From the human T2T-CHM13v2.0 reference genome, Homo sapiens: a DNA stretch of 64,000 nucleotides. Both the position numbers and the translations under genes were made by a program. Location of the stretch: NCBI RefSeq assembly GCF_009914755.1, contig NC_060938.1; one strand, given 5' to 3'. Positions 43,268 to 61,371 of the stretch are shown in pieces (positions within the stretch are counted from its first letter, which is position 1; each line of letters opens with the position of its first letter). Under the pieces are notes generated by a model. It worked only from the letters and a program-made list of their open reading frames with translations, was not told the origin of the DNA and ran no database searches.

Positions 43268-43532
43268 TTTTTTTTTTTAACTGGAGTGCATTGGTACATT
43301 CTCAGCTCACTGCAACCTCTGCCTCCCAGGTTCAAGCAATTTTCTGCCTCAGCTTCCCAAGTAGCTGGGATTATAGGTGCCCACCACCACACTCGGCTAA
43401 TTTTTTTATTTTTAGTAGAGACAGTGTTTCACCATCTTGGCCGGGCTGGTCTTGAACTCCTGACCTCATGATCCACCAGCCTTGGCCTCACAAAGTGCTG
43501 GGATTACAGGCATGAGACATTGCACCAGGCCA
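43268..43532 (-). mobile_element. AluS element, lacking part of its 3' end
   Basis: Antisense Alu ctggagtgca...caaagtgctgggattacaggcatgag...caggcc. Confidence 0.9.
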
Positions 43533-45232
43533 AGTATCTTGTAGAGAAAGTTTATATTATGATTCAGATTTCCATTTCTTCACATTTTTTCTGAAAAGCT
43601 AAGGTTTTGTTATTGAACTACTATTAGAAGTTGAATGTGATCCTCTTCCAATGTCTGGCATTGCCTTCCTGTGGAATTAACACTCTGTGTGATTTAGAGT
43701 ACACGTCCTGACTTTCTCAATGCTCATAAATACCTTATCTGTAGGAAACTTTCTTTAAGGGAAAAGCAGCTTTAGCCTGTCTCCAGTATATGGCCCTGAC
43801 TTGCTTGTACATGTAATCTATTATGAAGGAAAAAGAGCCATCCTCACAAATCTACAAGATTAAAACTTCTAGCACAAACACAGCTTGAATCAGTGCTTCT
43901 GTAGCTTCTTTCAGCAAAGGGACCATAGCCAGTACTGTGGCTACAACATATGCCTTGCCATCAGATACAAGAGTTAGGCTTCATATCCACGTCCTGTGCA
44001 ATAAAAAGCTTTAAATCTGAGTGGAACATCCGTAGAACTAGCTCACAGACAACGCAGAAGTAGGAACACTTCGGTCTGTGTTCAAGTAAAATGAAGGTTG
44101 AGATTTCTTTATGCAGCAGAAGAAGCAGGATTCCGTATCTGTCTTTGGAGTCAGGTTGGTCTTTGAAAGAAAACCAATTTGCTTTTAAGAGGTTCTAATC
44201 TAGCAGGATACCAGATGATGGCAAGCGTGTTTAAACCAAGTATAGACTAAGGGATTGGTACATTGATAAACTACCTTCTTTTTCAGCAGAGGGTAATTAG
44301 GGTGCCAGCAATGCTGTTATTACTACTAAGGTCACCAAGGACCTAGATCAAGAAGTTCCATCCAGCAACACCTTATTACAGTGTACAGAGGTCAACAGTC
44401 AGAGGTAAAAGAAAAAGAATAATCTTTTATCAGACTTTTACATTACATTGATAATTTTTAATACAGAATATTTTTCATTCTTTTATTTTGATTCACTGGT
44501 ATTTATTTCTGATTCTGACTCTGCCTACTGTTATTCACCCTACTTGTTAATGCTAATCTATTCTTTTTATTTGTAAAAGCATAACTTTTCTCAGGCATAG
44601 TTCTGTGTGTATATGTGTATTTAACCTATTCTAGAAACATTAATTTAAAGTAGAAGAGATTGAGATTGCAGATTATAATAGCATGTAAAGAGTTTTATAC
44701 AGTTAATACCTGAGAGTCTGCACAGTGGGGAACTCTGAAGTAATATGCAAGGTGTCAAGAACAAGCAGGTCAGGACTGTGGCACTCAAAGGGCAGGTAAC
44801 CAGCTTTTCAGTAACATTTTTAAGTAGCAGTTTCAGAGATCCTTAGAGAATGCCAGGCAGTAAAGGACACATCTCAAAATCCATACAGCAGATTTCTGGT
44901 TTCCAAGTTTATGGCATATAGTACTTAATAAAGTATTTGAAACTCTACAATTGCTATGGAAGAGACATTCTGGAGAGTTACGTATTATCCAAAAATAAAT
45001 TTTTCAGAAGCAAGAAATTTTAAAATAAGAAACCAACCAAAAAAGAATGGCCAACCATTTAAACCTTTTTTTCCATTAATAAGGAGCTACATAGTCTGCT
45101 GGTGAAGAACTTGATAGAAATTGACTGTTTTCACTTAGTGGGCTGATCCCCTTGTATCTGTGTCAGATAAAATCATAGCACTTATTATTTGTTACCGGAT
45201 ACCATGAAGATACTGCCATCCACTAAATAGTA

Positions 45233-48460
<3,228 letters not shown>

Positions 48461-48895
48461 CTGTTGATTATTAAAGAAGCACACAATAGAAGTGCTAATT
48501 TTATTTTACGAGTTCCTTGATAATTTTTAGACTCTTTTGTAGGAAAAAAAAAAGTAGTGTGTTTATGCTTGCCCCAGGCTTCCCTGTATAAAAGCTGCTT
48601 TTTCTCAACTTTCAAAAATGAGTTTCTGATTGACATTAATGATTCTGTTAAATCTCTATATAAGGCAAAGGCAATTGGGAACATTTGGAAAGGCATTTGG
48701 AAACTTCCAAAATTATAAATATTTGCACTTAAACTTCCAAAGCCAGTTGTGTTCATTAGTTTTTTTTTAAAATTTTTCCTAAGAAATTATCTCACAAAAA
48801 GCAAGAGGCCTCTAGTGTAACTAGTTTTCAGTTTTCCTGTTACTGGAGTCAGATCAGCTGAAGCATGTTCAACCTCTCCCCTGTGGGCCAGTTAC

Positions 48896-48964
48896 AGGGG
48901 AAGGAAGGAAGGAAGGAAGGGGGAAAGGGAGGAAGGGAGGAAGAGAGGGAGGGAGGGAAGGAAA
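48896..48964. repeat. Purine-rich (GGAA/GGGA)n tract
   Basis: Directly visible. Confidence 0.9.
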
Positions 48965-51376
48965 TGTAGTCCTGGGGATACACTAACAGTTCCAGAAACA
49001 GAAGCAATTTATTTTCTCAATTTCTTTCTTACCTTCTTTTACACTATCATTCACTAATTCAATCACCAGCATGGTTTTACATGTCCAGCTTCTTTCCTGT
49101 TCTTAAAAATCTCTTCCAATCGCACCGTCTTTTTCTTAAAAGCTTCAAATTTCCCGTAGTTATTTTATTCAAGAGCCATGAGGTTCAACATGATTTTGTC
49201 ATACACTCTGGATCACAGAATAGAATCAGCAACCTTGGCATCGCCCAACACACACACACACACAAACACATACACATACACACACACGACACAGCTTTCT
49301 GACCAGCATCTTTTGGAAATGGAGTACTGCTGTGGAAGTAGAAAGGGAATTTTCCTATCATTAGGGACCTACAATGTGGTAGGCACTAAGACAAACATTT
49401 GACTTCATTACTCTAATCCTCAGAAATCTCTGTAGTGTGCCTATTCCTATATCACAGATGAGATATTAGTTCATGAAAGCTGTCCTCTATCCAAGGTTAT
49501 GTAATTTGTGCCCAGTTATACAGCAAAATTGGAATGCAGGTCTCTAATCTCTAAAGCCCATACTTTCCCTATTGTAGTTTATTGCCTCTCCTAGGAAATT
49601 TCTTCCTCCATGACAATATCATGAAGAAGGGGAAACTATTGCTTGTCACTTCTGAGTTAGTATCAACACTTCTTCCATCCTCTAGCACGAATAATGTAGC
49701 GACACCACCAATTCTGTTGCAGAGCAGAAATAATCTTAAGGTTGTTCAACTTCCTAGCCACCCTAGTTCCTTTCCTGCCCAGCTGCAAGAAAGAATTATT
49801 AAAGAACTCTGTGAAATTGACCTTTGGTGTGGAAAGAAAACATGACAAGATGGTGAATCAAACATTGTGTTGCATTTAGCATTTATTATAGATTACTATG
49901 CAAAATGAACTAAAATTTTGTTAAATGCAAAATTGTCTATAAGAACAGCATAATATGTGCTTAATCCTACTTCTCTGCGATCACTTGATAAGTTAGTCAA
50001 ATGATTGGCATTTTAGACATGATGGTGCAGAGAGGTAAGTAATTTGCCCCAGGCACATAGCAAATAAATGGCAGAATCAGAATTCAAATCCAGTCTTTCA
50101 TGGCTCCAAAGGGCCTGAGTTCTTTCCAATACACTAATGGTTCTCAAATTCAGAGTGTATCAGAATTACTAGAGAGTGTGTTCAAAGTAAAGCTAGATGC
50201 CCAAGCTTTGACACTGCTGAATGAGAATTTCCAGGGTCAGGACATATGTTTGTTTGTTTGTTTGAGCAACTTCCTAGGCAACCCTGCTATATGCCGAAGT
50301 TTGACGGCCATACCACTATACCATGCTGCCTTATGGAGTTATAGAAATGATCCTTGCTAAAGCATTAAAAACGTGTCGACTAATCTTTACATCTTATGGG
50401 AGTTACTGGTGAACTAGCAAAAATTTTAACATTTTGTGAATTTCTGTTAATCTGTACATTGGGTATAATGGTTTTTGCTTAAATTAGAATGTACTTATTT
50501 GTGTTTAATTGTTCTAAACTTGGAGCTAATTTGTAGAATTCATTTATTTGCTTTTACTCAGCACTCTACAAATTCTCTGTAAAATGTTACAGTGTCTCTT
50601 TCACCTTGGGACACCAAATATTCCACAGAGATTGCCCCTTAGTTTAAGGGACATTACTCTTTTCTTTTACATATATATATATGTATATGTGTAAGCAGGT
50701 CTTGGTGGGTTAATGGGACTAAATAAGACAGTTATTTTTGAAGAGCAAGACTTAGTAAAATAATTAAAGATCAAAGATTCTCATGACTAGAAAAGATTTG
50801 ATTACCTTCAATGAGCCCAATGAAGTAGAGGCCAAATCTCCTGTGGATACTACCAAAATGAGGTCATGTGGCTAACTCGTTGATTGTTAAGAGACCACAT
50901 TAAAGGCTTCTGAATTGTTTCAAAAGCGTTATATAAATTTAATGCCCCTACCCCAATTCCTGCTTCTAATAAAAATACAGTGTTAGTGTCTGACTACAGA
51001 AGTCATACATGAGGAGTTTATATTTTTATTTTTTACTTTATTTATTAATTTTTTTGAGATGAAGTCTCACTCTGTTGCCCAAGCTGGAGTGCAGTGGCAC
51101 AATCATGGCTCAGTGCAACCTCCACCTCCCACACTCTCATTTTTATAGAGTTTTCCTGACTGTTCTCATTGCATATACTTCTTGATTAAATTTAAGATAA
51201 TCTTGCCAGGTTTTTAAAAATCTTGGGAGTTTGGTTGGAATTACTTTATAGATATAGAATACTTTAGAAACATTTAGCATATTTAAAATATTGACTCTTC
51301 CTATCCAAGAACAATATGTTTTCCCATTTATTCAATTTTTGCTTTCTGTTATTATATTAATTTATGATTAATTTGA

Positions 51377-51765
<389 letters not shown>

Positions 51766-52776
51766 TTTTTATATAATTTTTATCAGTGGACACCTTACTG
51801 AACTATAGTACACTTTAGCTTTTTAAAAAAGCTGCTTCTGTTTTCCAGGTATGCAATTATATAATCCTATAGTAATTTTTGTGACTGTCTTTTTAATATC
51901 TATATTTCTTCATTAATTTTAGTTTTCTTTCTAATTACTTACAAGGCTAGGACCTCAGAACAATGTTAAGTAGTAGTTGTGACTGCAGGCATTATTTCTA
52001 GCCCTGGCTTTACGAGCAGTATTCCTAGCTTTTCACCATTAAGAATGACATTGGCTAGCAAATTAAATACATATTGTTTAATCATTTTATTCCTATTCTA
52101 GTGAATTCATTTAATGAAATTGGAAATGAAAACTAAACATCGTCTTAAACTTTTCAAAATACATACAGATTATTATATAGTTTTTCTCTTTTTGAGTTAA
52201 ATTAAATTAATAAGTTTCCTGGTATTCGATAAACCATGTATTCCTAGAATGAAGTATTTCATTGTTATCACATACTGTCTATATAGCTTTGTATTCCAGT
52301 AGTTGCAATTTCAGATTTTGACATCAATTTTCATGTCTGGCCTGGAACTTTATAACAACTTATATTGCTCATTTAAAAATCCACTGTTGCTTCTCTCCAG
52401 TTTATTTATATTTTCCAATTTCTTCAGTTAGATGCTTAATTTACATGTTTTTGTTCTTTTAATGGCTGCTTATAGAAGCACCTTTGTAAATTCAGAGGAT
52501 TGTGATTCTTTTTCCAGTTGATTAGAGCCAAGTGACCTCTAAATATGCCATACAGTGCATCAGTGAATAGGGTTTATGTACACAAACACATCATCAATAC
52601 ATAAGACATTCCAAGTATCACATAAGTGTGCAGCCGTGCCCCATCCTTTTCTTCCTGGTGTTTTGGTGCAGCCACCAAAATCTGATAGGTATGCCAGTTA
52701 TGGGAGTAGGTGCAGTTATAGCAAGGCATGATGCTGACTTATCTCACTGTATTTCCTTCTGCTTAATCTTCTGTAG

Positions 52777-52954
52777 ACATGCTGTGCAACTTAACATCAC
52801 TGCCACCCAGAAGCTCTTACGGCTAGTCAGATGCCAAAGCTGGAAGCCTTTATACATATCTCTACTGCCTTTTCAAATGGTAACCTGAAGCACATCGATG
52901 AAGTTGTTTATCCGTGCCCTGTGGAGCCAAAAAAAAAATCGTCGATTCCCTTGA
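52777..52954 (+). pseudogene. Duplicated FAR2-derived exon, NAD(P)-binding domain, frameshifted
   Basis: tcttctgtag acceptor and ga|gtaatt donor; translates HAVQLNITATQKLL / [38 protein letters not shown] / IVDSL, matching recalled FAR2 [61 protein letters not shown]. Confidence 0.9.
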
Positions 52955-55498
52955 GTAATTGGTCAAATAAAGGGATCAAGGTGTGAGTAGAATGTTGCTC
53001 TCTTTGATTCTTTGTAGCTGTCTATTAATGAGACGATGAAGAGAAACAGTTTTGCAGCAAAATGCTTTGAAACGGTGCTGGCCTTAGCTACCTTGTCCCT
53101 GTTACCTCTTTCATCCCCTGGTGGGGAATATACTGCTGAAAGAGAAGGGGGATAGAAAATTCTTAAAGAAACATTTTGCTAAATTGTATAGGATTGCATG
53201 AGGTACTTGGGAATACTATACAAAGAAGTGGTTTCTCGCTTCTTAATGAACTTAGCATTGTCACTAGATAAAGCAAGTACAATGAATAGTATAAAATTTC
53301 AGAAGAAACATTTTTGATTCTGACATGAGTTTGGCATAGCTCCACAACTAACTAGCTGTGTGACTTTGAGAAAGTCCCTTGGCCTCTCTGAACCCCAGGT
53401 CCTTCATTTGTAAAATGGGCCCATTTGATTGTTGTGAGGTTGAATAAAGTTATATAAAACACTTATTGCAGTGCTAGGGAGTGTTTAATATCAGTTAATC
53501 AAATGATTAGTAAAGAAGAACTAACGAAGAATAAGAATTGCTCCAAGATCTGGCAGAAGTTCTCTTGACTTCTTTGGCTGAGACACCCTTTCCTTACTGT
53601 CCTATTATGCAAGAGAAATAGTGTCTAGGATTCTTCTCTTCTTGCCAATCAGCAGAAACCACTTTCATCCTAGGACACAGCTTGGGTCTCAGGATAGGTT
53701 TGTTTTCTGTTTCTTTATTCTGCTCCATTTCACTAAGTTTACTTTGCTTTTTGTTCAATTTTTTTTAAACTCTACATAAAAAGTATTATACCAGAAAAAT
53801 GGACTCTTTCACAGTAAATTTATTACATTATAATTTTCTATAATACTGTATTTACATTTAATATATACTCTTTAAAAACTTTTAGCTTAATTAAGAGTTC
53901 ATTCCCTTCAGGGAAAACATTTTTATCTCCTCCAGCTCTGAGAATAGATATTTTTGTCTGTCATATAAAAATGTCCAGGACAAAGAAGAATGAAAGTCAT
54001 CTAAAGGACCTGGAGGTTACTTAAAGTTGCTAATAAATGGAGGTTTGCTACATTGATACAGAGAAACATTTTAGAGTGCAGAATTTATCAGGATAGTGGG
54101 AGAAAAGGCAGGTGTACTCTGAGGCCCAATGTCAAGGCAGTAAACTATGCTTAAAGCCTCAGAGCATTTTCAGGATAGAATTGACTGCTGTCAGTTATCC
54201 TCTTATGGTGTTGTCTCTTGGCAAATGTGATGCTTCCATATTTGATGTACCCAGGAGAGGGGCAGACCCTTTTGTTTCCAGACTGTTTCCTGGGACTGTC
54301 TCCACTGCTGATCTCTCTAACGCCTGACAGGTCGTAGTGCAATTTGAGGCAGCAAAATAGTCTGAGAGTTCATCAGAGAAAATAAGTAAGAGTTCACTCC
54401 TAATGAAGGGCTTCTCTATGTACTCCATACCACCATCTCCAGACACTAAATACCCATGGGTTTCAAAGAAGAATAAACTCACCTCCCAGAGGAAGAGTTG
54501 ATTTATCTTCAGGCATTCGGCACTTTCCACACTCCCTCAGGTATATGTCAGCCAGACAAGGCTGGTAATTGCTACGTGATATATGAACAAACTGCAATTG
54601 ACATTTTTACAAAATTTTTAATGTTCATCTGTCATTTACTGCTCTCCAAGGATAACAATTATTTGAGCAACTAATTAGAAATAGGTATGAAATTATTTTA
54701 TCTCAACAGATACATTTTGCATGCAATTAAGGAACAAAGTTTTTTTAAAAAAAAACAGAGAAAAAGTCATACTTATGATTTGTTAATTCAAAATTAATTA
54801 GGACATCCAGGAGCACCTGTGGAGCCTCATTTCTCTCAGCCCTCCCCTTACCTTCATGCTGCAGTCACAAGGAAGTAAGGCCTCCTCTCCTCACACTCTG
54901 CCTGCCTTTGCGCTCAAAGCTCTCTTTTCCTAGAGCCTATTTCCCCTTCTGCTTCACCTGGTTAATTCTTACTCAGACATCAAGGCTCCCTGTGAAGCTC
55001 TCTGGCTTAGGCAGCCTTCCCAAGTGCCCCATAGTACCCAGCGCTCAGCTTTATTATTGCTTGTAACACAGGTCATTCTGAATGTCTGGTTGCTTATCTA
55101 CATTTTCCTTTAGACAATGACCGTCTCAATGGAAGAGAATATTTCTTGCTCCTCTTTGCATCTTCAGCTAGGGACTCAATGCTTGCTTGCTTGCTGAGTG
55201 AAAAGTTTTTGGTGGAACTAGATGATTGTTGTTCATACTGTTCTGACTGTTTTTTTTTTTTTTGCTTGTTTTGACTGAAACAAGAATAGATGACAGAATT
55301 CCACAACAAGCTAATATTTGGGGATGCAGAAGTCTTATGTACAAAATATCTATTTATATCCCCACATCTCACCCATTTCTGATTGTTCATTTTTTTCTTC
55401 TTAAAGTTTGAATGAAACCTATATGTGAAGCTTTGAATAGCACTTTACATAAAGCCCAGCAACCCCTCTCCACCTATACCATCATCTATGACTATTTC

Positions 55499-58400
55499 TT
55501 TTTTTTTAAACCAACTTTGTGATTTTTATCGATGGGTGACAACTTTATACTCCTAGATATCACTAAACTGTGTACAATTAGGGATGCAGCATTAGAGAAG
55601 AGCAGACAGCAGAATTAAACAGAGCAGACTGAAGGAGAGATCTTCATTATTTGTCCATTTTTCATTATGTGTACACAGAAGCATGAATGCAATCTGAAAT
55701 CTTTTTAATGGCAGTAAAGTTACAATCATCCATCTATGTAGACTAACATTTTAACTCCAAATATTTGATCTGCAATGTCTATGTAAGCAGTTTCCCTCAG
55801 CACAATTACTAATTTTTTTCCTGTTGGGAACCAGCAACTTATTTTTTATGTTTATTTTTCTTTTGAAGTAAGAACTAGTTCTTCTTTGATAACTGGCTCA
55901 TTTTTATCATTTATCAAAAACTAAAGGGTAGGGAAGAAAAATGTGATGGATTAAAACATTTCTTTTTTAAGGAAGATAAAATTCATTTTCACAAATTTAC
56001 AAGTGTTGCTGGTGCAGGATTTATTCTACTAAGCAATGAGACTGGGGATCAAATCCACTTTCTTATCTCAGGAATCAGCATTATTTCAGAAATATGGGTT
56101 TTTGTGTGTTTTTTAAAATCAAGCGACAGTCTGTTTCAACCAAATGATTTTGATTTCAAAGTTAGAGTCAACAGAAGCTATGTTGTGCACGAACCCCAAG
56201 GCATCTCCTTTTCATTGTAGCCCATTTTTGCAAAGGGAGAAAGAGTTTCTCTCTAAAGAGCCAATAAAGAGAGGCGGAAAGTGAGTGTGAGGTGGTGTCC
56301 TACAAAGCGGACACTGGGCTCACACACAGCGCACACAGGGTTTACAGCAGGTCCACTCGGCAGTAATACAGGAGATGGGCTGTGCGTTCAGCAGTTGGTT
56401 TCACCACCTGGTACTGGTTGATCACCTTGACTGTCTGGTCATCGATGCGCAGCCAGCCATTCAGACCGATCTGGAAGACGTCTCTAGTGTAATGGCCACC
56501 CGTCGCACTGTTGCCGTGATGGTAGACCACTGCAAAGAGCCGATAGGTTCTGTGGCATTTAAAATTCTTATTTTTAACCCCTGGAGAAAGCAGTTCTTTA
56601 CTAATTTCCAAGTCCACAGGATATTCAATATTTTTGATAAGCTTCTGGCACCACCAGTCTTCTCATAAACGAATCGTTTCAGGTGCAGCACGAGGACAGG
56701 AGGGAGTTTTTCCAGAGTCACTCTTCGACTTTTCTCAACTTCTTGTTCGGTTTTTGTGGTATAACCTTGGACAGATTCTCTTGCCACCAAGCTCTCCAGT
56801 GCATCCTGGACTGTGCGTATTTTGTCAGACTGGATATCCAACTGCAACGTGAAAAATGGCTGCAAAGTGGCAGATTCTTTTGCACTCTGTTGGTAAACCA
56901 CAGACCTGATGTGGCCACCAAAAATGTGGTGATTGGAGTCTGAACAAAATCCGCCTGGCTGGTGATGGAAGTCTTGTTCCGGGGGCCCACTTGTTCCCAT
57001 TCATCCTCGCTTCCTTCACCTTGTTTTTCTTGCTCTTCTTCATTGACTGGTTTTTGGGGCCATTGGAAATCGCACGTTTTTCATTATTTGGTGAGAGAAG
57101 CTTCTTTAGGTTCAACATTTCCTCATGAAGTCCATTTAGAATGAAGCCTAAGTATTCCTCAGCATCTTCTTGTCGATCCTTTTCAGACAGGCTTGACTTG
57201 TTAACTGTCAGGAGTCTAAATATACGTGGGCTCAAAGGCAGCTCCAGGGCGAATATCCCTCACGATTTTATCTCCAAGAGCTTGTCCGGGTTTTGGAGGT
57301 ACTGGCATATTAGTAAATTCATTCATTAGCCAAACAAAGCTGTCTACCTTGGGTGTTGACGTACAGGGCCTTTGCACTTTGGAATACAGAGGAATGAACT
57401 TCATCAGGTGGTACATTGTCGGGAAAGCAACCAATGCCTGGCTACAGGATCCCCTGAAACTGGAACAAGCCCTTCTTTGACTTCAACCTGCTTTTCAGAA
57501 ACCAGGGGAGATATGGCGGGAGGGGAATACTTAGCTTCCACATAGGCCACCGGCCAGGAGGAAGAGGGCTTAGAATCGTGAAAGAGACTGGCCCAGGACC
57601 TGGGCTGGCTGACAGGAAGGGTGCCTGATGCAGAGCCCGTGCCGTCAGCAGGAGGTGATGGACTCTCGGGTTTGGCTGGGTCCAAGTCTATGCTTTCCAT
57701 GGTGTGCAACTCCACCCCGTTGGTAGCTGTGCCCTCACCCGAGGATTCGAGTATTTGTCCATTAGCAACTCCAAGGTTTTCAGTAGTATCGGTACCAACG
57801 CAGGGCTGAGCCCCAGCTGTCCTTGACAGGGTGTCTCTGCCAGCCCCTGCAGGGAAGCAGGACTGACCAAAATCAACCCCGGGACCCCCCTCCTGCTGCC
57901 CTGCAGTCCCGGTGTCACTGCCGAGTGCTCCGGGGAAAGGACTGTCAGGCACAATGTCACTGACAGAGTCCGTGGAGTTCTGGGGGCTGTCAAAAGTCCT
58001 GGGCGTAATTGACGGGGGCATGTCACCCATAAATTCTGCATCCTCTGCACTGACACTGTTCGGGACTGCTGAGTTGGCATGGCCATTGACCAGGGCTTCT
58101 GCGGAAATACTATCATCACCACCATCTTTCAAACAGCTGTAATATCCAGGTGGCTGCTTTTTCTTCTTTTTACGCTCCCTTTGTCCAAGACCACCTGAGA
58201 CACCATCATTTTCCAAAACTTCCGCCTCCACACTAGAACTTCCATCCAAAGCGAGGGCACAGCCTGGGTACTGGTCGATGGAGCCGTAGCTTGCTTCTTT
58301 AGTGATACCATCAGGGGTTGTTTTGGAAGCTGTACAACCGAGAATAAATTCGGGGGCCTGAGGGTTCAGTGTGCTTGAAATACTGTAGCTGGGGGTTCTC

Positions 58401-58703
58401 AGCAAAGTGTCACTGGGTTCAATGACTTCATTGACACCAAACTCAATTCTCCGATATTCTTGTCCATCAGGTAGTTTATCCCCAGCTTGTGTGCCACACA
58501 GAACTGTTCCACTGCATGGAGGAAGCTCAACTGAAGATCGAGGAGTCACAAAGAACTGATTGAATTCATCAGGGCTAAAATCTCCAAAAATATACTGCGG
58601 GCTGTGGAGGGCCATGGCTGCCGGTTTCAATGGGACTCGGCGCTCCTCCGGCTGCTCACGCTGCCTCCCCCGCCGCCGCCATCTTCTCCCCCGCACATAC
58701 ACC
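55499..58703 (-). pseudogene. Full-length processed pseudogene of USP10
   Basis: ATG at 58615 ([22 protein letters not shown]), stop at 56342 (...RVDLL*), no introns, 3' UTR, short poly(A) at 55499-55507; perfect 16-bp TSD catctatgactatttc at 55483-55498 and 58704-58719 with a TTTC/AA L1-endonuclease site. Confidence 0.97.
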
Positions 58704-61371
58704 CATCTATGACTATTTCAATAACTCCTATAACAGATGGAATTTTTGCAAGTTTTAGAATAACAAATAACATTAAAAATCCTTATGAATAAACATTAAT
58801 TTACCTAAATGCAGGTTTATTTTTTTGCTTTAAGAAAATACTTTTGATGAGTTCTCTATTTAGTAATTGGCCTGTGTTATAAAAGAATTATTTTCAAAGG
58901 TTTTTAGGTTTCTGTTTCCCCTGGGAGTTTGTTTTTCTTTCAGTGAAACAGAGAAATAGCTAGGGAACAGTTTTTTTTTTTAAACAGTAACTTCAAGGGG
59001 TCTAGCAGCTGTCATTTGCTCTTAGTATTTCAGCTGTTCTTAAGGAATCAGGAGTTAGACATCAAGATAATCTAGAAGCTGTACTCTGGGCATTGTGATC
59101 TCAAAAAAATAGCCATGACAATGTAAAAGGAAACTTTATTTTTCCAGAAAATCTGTTGAATGGGAATTCCAGTTCTGGAAGATAAAGAAGGATTTGCATT
59201 TTTGGCCAGGACCTTTCTGATGGCTTGGGCAGCAGTGATACTGCTCAGTGCTGTTAATAAAGTGAATGGGACTGTGAACTTGAACCTCATGCTTACATCC
59301 TGGTCCCTACCTTTGCAAGCCTAACGTCTCTCTTTGTTCAGCTCCCCCCATTTTCTATTCGGCCTATATCCTGAGACTGTCGGGCCTGAGCTCCCTTTCT
59401 TTAGCCCCTATCTAAAAATTTTAGATTACCTTGGCTCTGAAATATTCCAGAAAGATGAAATTTAATTTTGTTAGCACAAAAACTTTAGCATGTCAGCATA
59501 AAAATATTTTAAAATAACTTAAATGAGAAGTTAATGTTTGTAATGAGTAGGACAAGCATGGCCATTAATCAGTGTTAAGCAACTAATTTTCCTGGCTCTT
59601 ATACCTGTAGTTTTCTTCTGGCCCTCATCCCAGCCACCAGTTCCCATCCTGACTCATCTCTATCTTCATATTACCACCTTCTGCCTATTTGCTGTATTTA
59701 CCTTGGAAATTTAGTGGCATAAATGGATCAGGGATTGCCAGTGAAATTCTGGTTTTCCAGAATAACAGCTTAAGTAGAAAGTTTATTTTTTAAAATGCAC
59801 ATAACTGACTAAGAAAGGCAGAGTTTTATGGTTGGTGCTTTTCTTATGTTTTAGGTCAAGGTAACTCCTCTTAGGGGAACCAGTGTAGAAGAAAAGGGCT
59901 TCTGCACCTGTATAAAAACCTGAAATAACTAGAATTAGGAACTAGAAAAATGGAATCACAAATACCTATTGCTTTATTGAACATATGTTAATAAATCTGA
60001 ATTAAGAAGGGAAGGGAGGAGATGAGTCATTATTGAGCAATCACTGTGAGCGAGATGCTTTCACAGACATTTATTTCCACAACTTAATATTGTAGGGTTG
60101 ATTTATTATCACTGCTATACTAATTAAGGAGCAAAAAGCTCAGGAAGGCTAAGTAACTCCTTGAAAGTCTCTCAAGACTTTCTTTACCTTTCAAGAAAGG
60201 TATCCATGGCCACTTGATTCTGAAGCTCATGGTCTTTCCAGTCTACTCACATACTCGGCAGTGTTAGAGATTAAAAGGTGCTTTCTTAAGATATAGACTG
60301 TTCCCAAGGAGCTCACGTCCCAGACAAATAGAACAGGGCAGAATTATACACGTGGGGTGGTGGGGAAACAGTACATATTAAGTCTGGTGGAGTGGAGAGA
60401 GGCATATGAGGTGACTTGGAAGAGTGGGAGGAGTGTGGATAGGTGAGATGTGCACAGACACCAGGCAGGGCAACTGGAGCTGGGAAACCCAGGCGTGTTT
60501 GGGACACAGCCAGAAGTCCCTCTTGGCAGCACATGTGTTATGTGTAGGGAAGCAGTTAGAGATCAAGCTGGAGAGGCAGGTTGGGCCGTACTGTGGAGAT
60601 TTTGCATACCATGCAGAGGAATTGGATTTAATTCTCTAGGCAGTGGAGATCCATTGAAGGAGGGCCATGTGTGTGCATGTGGTTTTGTGTAGTTTTTGGT
60701 TGCTTGCTCATTTGTTTTCATCGTGGAAAGACACTGATGAAAGTGGGCTTCAGTAATATTAATATGGCCAGGGGCTGGGGGAGGCAGTAGATTAGCATGT
60801 GTATTGGGAAAGAAAAAAAAACAATAGGACATGGCTACTGCTTTGCTTATGGGATTACACATACCAAATTAACTCCAGATTAGAACATGCATACTTGCCA
60901 TGTTTTACATTTCTAGTGCCAGGGATTTAATTTTTTTTAATAAATGAGAAAGTAAAGTTTATTGTGTTTAAGTATTTTTAATGAGATCATGTTTTTAGTG
61001 AGAACTGGGACCAAACAGATTTTCTGACTCCAAATAGATATTTCCATTGGAACAGGTCTATAAGTATACAGACATGCAAACACATATTTCTTTACTGCTC
61101 ATAATCAAGTGTCAATTAGTCCTTATTAGAATGTGGGATGTATAAATGTAAGAGAATTTTCAGTTAAAATTGACAGATACATTTTTTAATTGTCCTAAAA
61201 TGGATTTAATTATTTTTCTTTAATGTTATTTTTATGAGAAGTGATATAACTTTATTGATAATGCATACAATAACTCTTTGTTTTGCACATTGTTTGGAAA
61301 TACAATGTATTTTGCAAGTAACTAAAGCCCAATTTAAATTAAAATTTTAAATTTTCAATCTTTTTAATTGT

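Noticed and set aside
58616-58702. 29-aa N-terminal extension of the USP10-like ORF
   Set aside because: Starts at a GTG at the very edge of the retrocopy and is simply open 5' UTR
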